Source of the DNA: Patescibacteria group bacterium
GTDB taxonomy: Bacteria; Patescibacteriota; Saccharimonadia; CAILAD01; GCA-016700035
Length of the DNA: 43,717 bases
Direction: 5' to 3'
Assembly: GCA_030917125.1 (NCBI GenBank)
Contig: JAUPVH010000001.1
Span: forward strand, 1-43,717
A model generated the notes under the pieces. It searched no databases. It was not told where the DNA came from and saw only the letters and a program-made list of their open reading frames with translations. Position numbers and translations under genes: made by a program. Below are positions 27,350-34,953 of the stretch, in pieces (the first letter of the stretch is position 1; every line of letters begins with the position of its first letter).

Positions 27350-28408
27350 ATGTACGATCCATGGTTGAATGAACGGCAAGCAACTTCAAGCCGCGTTGAG
27401 GCAGAGGCTGCCCACGCGGCGCGCCAAGCGGCTAGCGTCCTAGGTCAGGAACAAGTCAGTCAGCAACTTGCTGAAGCACGAGCGATGGGCGAGCGACAAG
27501 CAATCGAAGCGGCACAGCGGCTTGAGGCTGAAGCTCACCATGTCCAACACATGCACTACTTGCAGGCGACCGGTCAAATCGGCGGTCATGCACCTGTAGC
27601 TGGTGTGAGTGGTATTTCTTCACCGTCTCAGGGCCTGCCAACACGGCCACCTCCTTACGTATCTCCTGACGAGAAAGCCGCCCGAGACCAAGCCATACTT
27701 GAACAGCAGCATGCTCATGCCCAAGCCAGGCTTGAAATGCAGCGCGCTCAAGCCGAGAGAGACGAGGCGGAAAGAATCCGACCTTTTCGAAGGAACCAGA
27801 AGCGAGCCCTGGCCGCAATACGTGAAAATGGTCCGGACCACTTGACTGGTGCCGAGATCATTCAGGCGGCAGTTTTGTTCCTGTCTACTGCATCTACTGC
27901 CTATCTGGGTATCAGCTTGTCGGTATTGCTTGTCACTGGTTCTTGGAGCGGTGGCTTCAGCTGGATGTGGATGTGTGCTCTGGTGGTTGCGCTGGTCATT
28001 CCAGTCACTCCTATAGTGCCGGGCTGGTTTGATTTCTCGGAAGGGCTGTGGCTCGTGTTTATTCCGATTCTGATCAGCACCCTGCATCACCAAGAAGAAT
28101 ATACCTTCTGGGGGATCGCGCCATTGTTGATTGTCGTCACTTTGCTCTACGTGGCTGTCTGGGTGATGAACCTGTTCGCCTGGCAAATCTGGGAGAAAAG
28201 TTGCCGCAGGGAGCGGAACCTACTTAGACAGAATCTGCCATGCGACTATTGCGGACGACCAGCAAAACACATTGTAATCACTGAGTCTTGTTTTGAAGGT
28301 GGCAGAATCACCGTTGTGGCTTGCTGGAAACATGGGTACTCGACTCCGTGGACTGAAGAACTCGAGGTTGCGCTCCTCGATAAAACTCTTCCGCCAAACG
28401 GACAGTGA
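27350..28408 (+). CDS. hypothetical membrane protein: Q/A-rich coiled N-domain, multi-TM core, C-terminal zinc ribbon
   Basis: ATG 27350 with a GAAGGGG Shine-Dalgarno. Hydrophobic block from about aa 170 to 280. C-terminal cysteine cluster in CDYCGRPAKHIVITESCFEGGRITVVACWKHG. Confidence 0.55.
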   Translation: MYDPWLNERQATSSRVEAEAAHAARQAASVLGQEQVSQQLAEARAMGERQAIEAAQRLEAEAHHVQHMHYLQATGQIGGHAPVAGVSGISSPSQGLPTRPPPYVSPDEKAARDQAILEQQHAHAQARLEMQRAQAERDEAERIRPFRRNQKRALAAIRENGPDHLTGAEIIQAAVLFLSTASTAYLGISLSVLLVTGSWSGGFSWMWMCALVVALVIPVTPIVPGWFDFSEGLWLVFIPILISTLHHQEEYTFWGIAPLLIVVTLLYVAVWVMNLFAWQIWEKSCRRERNLLRQNLPCDYCGRPAKHIVITESCFEGGRITVVACWKHGYSTPWTEELEVALLDKTLPPNGQ

Positions 28409-28413
28409 ACTCA

Positions 28414-28441
28414 CCGGGGGCTTTCTTAGGAGAGCCCCCGG
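28414..28441 (+). terminator. GC-rich terminator hairpin
   Basis: Stem ccgggggct/agcccccgg, then aatttgtta. Confidence 0.5.
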
Positions 28442-28485
28442 AATTTGTTACTGGAGTAATCTGTAGCTCGTATCTCTATAGGAAA

Positions 28486-28513
28486 AACGTGCATTTGGCA
28501 CGTTCTTTTTTTT
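28486..28513 (+). terminator. second intrinsic terminator (AT-rich, native style)
   Basis: Stem aacgtgc/gcacgtt followed by a T8 run. Confidence 0.6.
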
Positions 28514-28569
28514 CATTAATTTAAACTTATTAAACAGAGTGTATGATTTTGCGTGCTAAAATTAAGATT

Positions 28570-30021
28570 ATGAAAAAGCTTTTGCTCCGCTCACTCACGA
28601 TTGCGGGCTTAATCTCTGCCTTCACGCTTCTTTCTAGTCAACAAGCTTCGGCGGCAACCGTAACCCTTAATGGCGGTTGCAGTATTGATAATGCAATTCT
28701 TTCTGCAAATAACGACGCAGATACTGGTGGCTGTACAGGTTCCGGCATTTATGGCGATGATGAAATTATTGTCCCAACTGGCACATGGAATGTTGGTGCG
28801 AGTGTGCAAAGTGAAGGGAATCTTACTGTAACTGGCGCTGGTATGGGCGATAGTATTATTGATGCTGGGGATAACTACGCAGGGATCCAATGTAACAACA
28901 CAGGCGTTGGGCTATTGAACTTGGATGTAAATGGTCTAACTATTCGTAATACAGTAAGTAGTAGTGGAGCCTTTCCGCTCGCTGCCGGCAATTGCAATTT
29001 GAGTGTCTCGGATGTTGAAATTACAGATAGCCAGGAAGACGCGAATATTTATTTTAATCTAGAGCAAGATGGGGTGACGGCTCAGTTGAATATTTCTAAT
29101 GTATATATTCATGACACATTAGGTGCTGGAGTGACGGTATTAGTAGCTGGTGAAGGAGTAACCAATCAAGCAGATGTTCAGATAGATAACCTCACCGTAG
29201 CGCAGGCCAATAATAATAGTAAAGTCTTGGGGGGTGTTGCAATAAGCGCTGGCGACGACAATATTGCATCAAATCACACCGCCAATGTTCTGATACGCAA
29301 TAGCACTTTTACAGATAACGGTACAAATGACTCATATGGTGTGTTTGGGGTGGCGCAGTCGGGGATAGGCGGTGGCGTAGATACGGTTGATATTGCACTA
29401 GACAATATTACGATCGTAAATCATAAGGTGGATGGTAGCTTTCCAGCTTCTGGAATTTTGGCTGCTGCTTCTACTCCCACAGGAGGCACGGCAAATGTTT
29501 CAATTACCGCGACAAACGTGTTGCTGGCTAACAACACAGCTAACTCGGCACAAGCTAATTGTGCAGCCTTAGGATTTGGTTCAGGTGGTACAGAAACGGC
29601 AATAATTACTTCTTTAGGAAATAATATTACGGACGATACGAGTTGTGGCTTTACGAGCTCTGGCGACCAGCAAAACGTAACAAATATCCTCTCAACCCTC
29701 GGTCCATTGCAGGATAACGGTGGAAGTGTGCCCACTATGGCGCTACTCACAGGTTCACCGGCGATTGATGGAGGGGCGGTAGTGAGCGGCATCACAGCAG
29801 ATCAGCGAGGCGTAGCTCGTCCACAGTGTGCAGCCTTTGATGTTGGTGCTTATGAATACGATGGAGTATGTCCGACTTTAGTGAGTGCACCTTCTAATCC
29901 TAGTGAATCAGACTCTATGCAAAATACGTTGGCTGAAACGGGAGATAATTATTTGTCATATTTTGCAGGGTTCATCTTGCTCATAGCTACAGGTTTTGGG
30001 ATTTTAAGGAGAATAGTTTAA
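28570..30021 (+). CDS. sortase-anchored surface protein with a probable right-handed beta-helix
   Basis: Signal peptide MKKLLLRSLTIAGLISAFTLLSSQQASA. Repetitive N/G/T-rich body with a DQRGVARPQ...FDVGAYEY segment. C-terminal sorting signal LAETG plus hydrophobic helix plus RRIV. Confidence 0.75.
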   Translation: MKKLLLRSLTIAGLISAFTLLSSQQASAATVTLNGGCSIDNAILSANNDADTGGCTGSGIYGDDEIIVPTGTWNVGASVQSEGNLTVTGAGMGDSIIDAGDNYAGIQCNNTGVGLLNLDVNGLTIRNTVSSSGAFPLAAGNCNLSVSDVEITDSQEDANIYFNLEQDGVTAQLNISNVYIHDTLGAGVTVLVAGEGVTNQADVQIDNLTVAQANNNSKVLGGVAISAGDDNIASNHTANVLIRNSTFTDNGTNDSYGVFGVAQSGIGGGVDTVDIALDNITIVNHKVDGSFPASGILAAASTPTGGTANVSITATNVLLANNTANSAQANCAALGFGSGGTETAIITSLGNNITDDTSCGFTSSGDQQNVTNILSTLGPLQDNGGSVPTMALLTGSPAIDGGAVVSGITADQRGVARPQCAAFDVGAYEYDGVCPTLVSAPSNPSESDSMQNTLAETGDNYLSYFAGFILLIATGFGILRRIV

Positions 30022-30022
30022 T

Positions 30023-30047
30023 AAAAACCCCTCCAACGAGTGGAGGG
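30023..30047 (-). terminator. intrinsic terminator of the minus-strand methyltransferase (shared convergent site)
   Basis: Stem ccctcca/tggaggg. A T-run follows on the minus strand only. Confidence 0.5.
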
Positions 30048-30054
30048 AAGGGTG

Positions 30055-30810
30055 CTAGCGCTTTTCGGCGACGAAAAAGATGTCGCCACGCAGCAGATTG
30101 AGCTGAGGGCCGTAGTGGATCATCATCCGCAAGTAGTGCGTGATGATCTGGAGGTTGCGCCCGAGAGAACGGTGCGGAACGTCGTGGGTGGCCGCATCCA
30201 TTTCGCTCCGGAAACGTTGCCGTTGCCAGGGCCATGGCGAACCAGCAGCTACCACCGTGAAGCCGATGTGCTGAGTCAGCTGGTACAAGAGCGGCAGTGG
30301 CATGGGTCGCTTGTGGTCAGTGTCGAGCCAGAAGTTTTCGGCAGCCACGATGGGGTTGCGCATATTCGGCGTGACGATGACCATGCGACCACCTGAAGGC
30401 AGGTAGTCGTAGATGAGCTGGAGCAACTCGACCTGCTCATCGGCCTGGAAGTGCTCGATGAGGTGAGAGGCCACGATGGCATCGTACTCACCCGGATTGG
30501 CTTCGATGTGACCTTCCAGGAAGTCGAAGACCTCCCAATAGAGCACATCCAACTTTTGCTCGTCGAGCTTACGCACTTGTTCGGAGTTGTTGTCGATCCC
30601 GGTAACGCGTGTTCCGGCAGCCTCGAGTTCCTGCATGAGAAAGCCCTGGCCGCAGCCGAGGTCGAGCACGTGACTACGACCGCGCAGGTATGGAAAGATC
30701 ATGGCGATGTAGCTCATCGCGCCATCGCGGCCGCCGCTGAAGGCGTACGGATCTTGCTGTTTGCGGACGCCAACAGATTGCTGGCGCCTGATCTTCTCGG
30801 CGATTGACAT
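30055..30810 (-). CDS. class I SAM-dependent methyltransferase (GC-rich cassette)
   Basis: Motif I VLDLGCGQGF, then GIDNN, IVASHLIEH and GGRMVIVTP. Promoter-like ttgtct-N17-tatagt and a GGGGGA Shine-Dalgarno lie upstream. Confidence 0.75.
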   Translation of the reverse strand: MSIAEKIRRQQSVGVRKQQDPYAFSGGRDGAMSYIAMIFPYLRGRSHVLDLGCGQGFLMQELEAAGTRVTGIDNNSEQVRKLDEQKLDVLYWEVFDFLEGHIEANPGEYDAIVASHLIEHFQADEQVELLQLIYDYLPSGGRMVIVTPNMRNPIVAAENFWLDTDHKRPMPLPLLYQLTQHIGFTVVAAGSPWPWQRQRFRSEMDAATHDVPHRSLGRNLQIITHYLRMMIHYGPQLNLLRGDIFFVAEKR

Positions 30811-30900
30811 GGTGGTTCCCCCAGGGGTTCAAGGTGCGGATGAGTAGAAACTATACCATGCAGATAGCTCCAAGACAAGGAAAAGCGGTATACTAATGGT

Positions 30901-31269
30901 ATGCAACGTTGGCTTAAAAATTATCTCTCTACGTTTGGTCCACAATTTGTGCGCGGTATTGGCGTGCTGGCGACCGAAGCGCAGTTTGAGCGCAAAAAGT
31001 TTTTGGCCGCTACACATCCTTTACCAAATTTTTTTGAGACCACTAAACGGTTCGATAAAACTGATAAGTTAGCAGCACGTCTTCGTTTGGCGGTGTGGGC
31101 AAGTATTGCGCTAGCGTGGATGTTCTCGATTACGGTCTTAGCATTTTTGCGCTTGAACGCCACGCAAATCATTGCACTTATTCTCATCGTGAGTCTTCCG
31201 GCCCCATATATCTTGCTCAGAATCGCCGCTTGGTGTTTGCCAAAACGCCCGAAGGCTAGTCGCAACTAA
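30901..31269 (+). CDS. hypothetical 2-TM membrane protein, 122 aa
   Basis: Track ORF. The -10 tatact (30889-30894) is 6 nt from the ATG. Confidence 0.5.
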   Translation: MQRWLKNYLSTFGPQFVRGIGVLATEAQFERKKFLAATHPLPNFFETTKRFDKTDKLAARLRLAVWASIALAWMFSITVLAFLRLNATQIIALILIVSLPAPYILLRIAAWCLPKRPKASRN

Positions 31270-31293
31270 TTCACACCAGGTATACTGACAACT

Positions 31294-32331
31294 ATGCAAA
31301 CAGGGGTGAGATTAGGAATTTTAATTGGGGGGCCATCTCCCGAATATGAGGTCTCGCGTGCTTCGGCAGATAATATTTTGGCTGCGGTTGAGCAGCTGGG
31401 GTATGCCACCAAGCCAATATTAGTTACACCCGACCATAGTTGGTACGTGTATTCTGATCGCTCTGCGTATCTGGCAAATGAGTATGAGGAAGCGTTTGGA
31501 GTTCGGGATGCGGTGGAGAAGTTGCCCTATCTGATTGATGCGGCGCTGATTGCCATGCACGGGGTGTTTGGTGAAGACGGCGGTGTGCAGCGGCTGCTCG
31601 ACCGGGCGGGGTTGCCGTATCAGGGGAGTGGTGTGCGCGCCAGTCGGCTGGCGTTTGATAAACATGCTGCCAGCCAAGTGCTGCGTCGTGCAGGCTTTGC
31701 TGTGCCGGATTACACGTTATTAGAGCGAGCCAAGTGGGTGGTGGCGCGACCGCGGATTATTCGTCAGGCGGTGGCGGCGTATGGTTTGCCGGTGGTGGTG
31801 AAGCCGAATGCTAGTGGAAGTTCAATTGGCGTGACAATCGCGCGCGATACTTCTGAGTTGACCGAGGCGCTTGAGCTAACCAGCGCACAGCACGGGCAGG
31901 TGATTGTGCAGCGCTTTATGCGTGGCCACGAGGTTACCTGTGGGATTTTAGAGCAAGCCGGTGAGGTTTTTGCTTTGCCGCCGACATTAATCCAGCCGGT
32001 TGGGCAGCACTTTTTTGACTACAAGGCAAAATATACGGCTGGGGCGACGGAAGAAATTACGCCGGCACCGTTCTCTGAAGCGACAAATGCCGCTATTGGG
32101 AGAACTGCGCTAGGGGTGCATCGGGCGCTAAAGTTGCAGGGCTACAGTCGGGTGGATATGATCTTGGCTCAACGTCGGTTGTGGGTGCTGGAGGCTAACA
32201 CGCTGCCGGGGATGACCAACACAAGTTTGTTGCCTCAAGCTGCCGCCGCCATCGGGATAGATTTTGTTGGCCTGGTTGGCGAGCTGGTGCAACACGCACT
32301 GACACGCCCAGAAGTGGTAGAATTATCATAA
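31294..32331 (+). CDS. ddl: D-alanine--D-alanine ligase
   Basis: ATP-grasp layout: GGPSPEYEVS, HGVFGEDGGVQ, PVVVKPNASGSSIG and EANTLPGMT. Confidence 0.92.
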   Translation: MQTGVRLGILIGGPSPEYEVSRASADNILAAVEQLGYATKPILVTPDHSWYVYSDRSAYLANEYEEAFGVRDAVEKLPYLIDAALIAMHGVFGEDGGVQRLLDRAGLPYQGSGVRASRLAFDKHAASQVLRRAGFAVPDYTLLERAKWVVARPRIIRQAVAAYGLPVVVKPNASGSSIGVTIARDTSELTEALELTSAQHGQVIVQRFMRGHEVTCGILEQAGEVFALPPTLIQPVGQHFFDYKAKYTAGATEEITPAPFSEATNAAIGRTALGVHRALKLQGYSRVDMILAQRRLWVLEANTLPGMTNTSLLPQAAAAIGIDFVGLVGELVQHALTRPEVVELS

Positions 32332-33617
32332 TGATAAAAAGATTTGCCGGTAAAATTGTAGTGCGTCAGCTGCGACGCTATGTGCAGCGTTTGCTCTCGG
32401 TGCATGACATTACGGTAGTAATGGTGACGGGTACGGTTGGTAAAACCAGCACGAAGATGGCGATTGGTCGCACGCTTGAGGCTGGCGGTCACAAGGTGTG
32501 CTATTCCGAGGATAGTTATAATACTGAGTTTGGTGTGCCGTTGGCATTGTTTGGCTTGAAGGCGCCAGATAGAATCTCGAGCCCGGCGGCTTGGCGAGCT
32601 GTATTTAAGCAAATGTCTGACATGATTGATGGCTATCCGTATGACTTAGTCGTACTCGAGATTGCCGAGGATGAACGCGCTATGATGACGCCGTGGGTGC
32701 GACTGATGCAGCCTAAGATTGGTGTACTTACCAGTGTGAGCCCGGCACATATGGAGCGCTTTAGTTCGCTCGAAAAATTACGGGATGATGCGATTGCGTT
32801 AGTGGGTGAATCGGAGCAAGTCTTTTATAACGCCGATTTTGATGATGTCCGCGAAGTGATGGAACGTCGCAAAGGCGCGGTCGCATATGGTGTTGGGCGT
32901 GGAGTAATCCGTTTTGAAAATATCATGCGCGGCAAGAATGGCCGACTGGCAGCTGATCTTTATTTAGGTAAGGAACATCAGGTAGTGCGTACCCAACTTA
33001 TTGCCCAGCATGGCTTGAGCGCGTTACTTGGTGCGGCCTGTGTGGCGCGAGATCTTGGCATGAGTGGTGAAAAAATCGCGACTGCTTTAGCAAAAATTCC
33101 GTCTCCAGTTGGGCGAATGCGTTTGCTTGATGGGGCAAACGGCGCAACGTTGATTGATGATACGTATAACTCGAGCCCGGCAGCGGTAAAGGCTGGTCTA
33201 GATACGCTGATGGAGATTCCGGGCCGAGGTCATATTGCGGTTTTGGGGAGCATGAATGAGCTTGGTGTTGCGGCCGCGGATCTGCATCGAGAAGTTGGTG
33301 AGTACGCAGCAACGAAAAACCTGGATATGCTCGTAACGGTTGGTAAGGTTGCTGGGCAGTATATTGGACCGGCGGCTGAGGATGCGGGCATGGAGCGGAT
33401 TCGCATTAAACAGTTCCGCACGCCGTACGAAGCTGGTCATTATCTTAAAAAGCACGTTGCAAAAGGTGATGTGGTGTTTATAAAAGGCTCGCAAAATGGT
33501 GTATTCACTGAAGAGACGAGCCGTATATTATTAGCACCCGGCTTGCAGCCAGCGCGCGAATTAGTCCGACAGTCTAAAACCTGGAAACGTAAAAAGAAAA
33601 AGAGCTTTGGCCTGTGA
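32331..33617 (+). CDS. murF: UDP-N-acetylmuramoyl-tripeptide--D-alanyl-D-alanine ligase MurF
   Basis: Mur ligase P-loop VTGTVGKTSTK, DDTYNSSP and the ddl-murF pairing. The start overlaps the ddl stop (TAATG). Confidence 0.88.
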   Translation: MIKRFAGKIVVRQLRRYVQRLLSVHDITVVMVTGTVGKTSTKMAIGRTLEAGGHKVCYSEDSYNTEFGVPLALFGLKAPDRISSPAAWRAVFKQMSDMIDGYPYDLVVLEIAEDERAMMTPWVRLMQPKIGVLTSVSPAHMERFSSLEKLRDDAIALVGESEQVFYNADFDDVREVMERRKGAVAYGVGRGVIRFENIMRGKNGRLAADLYLGKEHQVVRTQLIAQHGLSALLGAACVARDLGMSGEKIATALAKIPSPVGRMRLLDGANGATLIDDTYNSSPAAVKAGLDTLMEIPGRGHIAVLGSMNELGVAAADLHREVGEYAATKNLDMLVTVGKVAGQYIGPAAEDAGMERIRIKQFRTPYEAGHYLKKHVAKGDVVFIKGSQNGVFTEETSRILLAPGLQPARELVRQSKTWKRKKKKSFGL

Positions 33618-34234
33618 GTGATGTAAAAATAGCTATTCATCATAGTTGGCAGGAGAATCCCGAGCTATTGCACGTCCAGCTCATGGAGCCACGGCAACGC
33701 TGTGGCTTGGCTTGTTTAGAGATGATTATTGAGTCTCAACTTGGGCATCACGTGCAAGCTTCGGAAATTTTTCGTCGGGCTGAAAGTTACGGCGCGATTA
33801 ATGACCACAATGACTGGTGGCATCCAGGTCAAGTTCGCGTTCTCACAAGTTACGGCCTGGTAGCCTGGCGGCGAAATTGGACTGCCCCTTCTCAAGATCC
33901 GGAATTTTTTGAAGAGAATGAGGGCTATGATACGGCACAGATGTCAGCGGTGAAATATCAAATTAGTTTAGAGGCAGATAGGCGTTCGCTTGCCGATAAA
34001 TTTTTACTCTCGCTGCATGATTCATTGGAGCTCGGTAATCCGGTAATCGTGAGTGTAAAATCTGGGTTTTCGGATAATAAAGAAAATCATCAAGTGGTAA
34101 TTTCTGGGTATCGGGCTGAAGACAGGATGTTCTTCGTACATGATCCCGTGCAGCAGTCTGGTCCCACAGTCGTGCCCGAACACTATTTGGTAGAGTACGC
34201 AAACTATTGGGCATTATTTAGCTACCATGCCTAG
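33614..34234 (+). CDS. stand-alone C39-like papain-fold cysteine peptidase
   Basis: QRCGLACLEMII matches the C39 catalytic Cys motif (Q..CG.ACL.MI). NHQVVISGY...FFVHDP matches the catalytic His/Asp region. The GTG start overlaps the murF stop. Confidence 0.65.
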   Translation: MSDVKIAIHHSWQENPELLHVQLMEPRQRCGLACLEMIIESQLGHHVQASEIFRRAESYGAINDHNDWWHPGQVRVLTSYGLVAWRRNWTAPSQDPEFFEENEGYDTAQMSAVKYQISLEADRRSLADKFLLSLHDSLELGNPVIVSVKSGFSDNKENHQVVISGYRAEDRMFFVHDPVQQSGPTVVPEHYLVEYANYWALFSYHA

Positions 34235-34242
34235 GGGAATTC

Positions 34243-34914
34243 ATGACTGAAAAATATAATTGGCGTGAATATTACGAACATCACAAAAATCGTGAGCCTC
34301 GCGAGGAATTAACTCAGCTGTTGGATGTAATGCGTCGGGAGCGAGGGTCTTTTGAGGATATGTCGGCTTTAGAAATTGGTGCCGGCAATATGATTGAGAC
34401 TAAAGCTTTGTTAGACGCTGGTTTTGGTCACGTCACCGCAACCGATATTACAGACTTGGCAGAGAATATGGCTGCATCATTACAAATGGATGTGAACGAT
34501 TTTGCGAATGATGTGGAGCGGCTGGAGTTTCTGAAGGTTAGTCATGAAGAGCTACCGGACCATTTGCAAGCCGAGTCTTTGGATCTTGTCGTGGCGTACT
34601 TAAGCTTACAGTTTGTGAATCCTGAAGGTTTTCAGCGCTTGTGGCAATCGTTAGTGCAGGCTGTAAAGCCAGGTGGGAGAATTACGCTGGATTTAATTGG
34701 TGATCACGACGGCTGGGCAAAAGAAACTCTCGCTGATGAATCTGTCAGATATAAAGATATGAACTTTCATAGCAGGGAAGAAGTTGAGCGGTTATTAGCT
34801 GGCTTTGAGCAAGTGCAGGTAATTGAAGACGATAGTGACGGAAAAACTTCAGATGGCGTAGCTAAGCATTGGCATATTTTTCATATTCAAGCCCAAAAGC
34901 CAACAGACGCCTAA
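34243..34914 (+). CDS. class I SAM-dependent methyltransferase
   Basis: Motif I ALEIGAGNMIE, then ATDI, VVAYLSLQF and PGGRITLD. Confidence 0.75.
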   Translation: MTEKYNWREYYEHHKNREPREELTQLLDVMRRERGSFEDMSALEIGAGNMIETKALLDAGFGHVTATDITDLAENMAASLQMDVNDFANDVERLEFLKVSHEELPDHLQAESLDLVVAYLSLQFVNPEGFQRLWQSLVQAVKPGGRITLDLIGDHDGWAKETLADESVRYKDMNFHSREEVERLLAGFEQVQVIEDDSDGKTSDGVAKHWHIFHIQAQKPTDA

Positions 34915-34953
34915 GCCTCGATTTACTCCTGATAATCAGGTATAATTGCGCGC

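Noticed and set aside
27160-28540. A prophage or integrative element inserted at tRNA-Ala.
   Set aside because: No integrase, recombinase, capsid or terminase-like ORF lies downstream of the tRNA, and no repeat of the tRNA 3' end was seen. It is reported only as compositionally foreign genes next to a tRNA.
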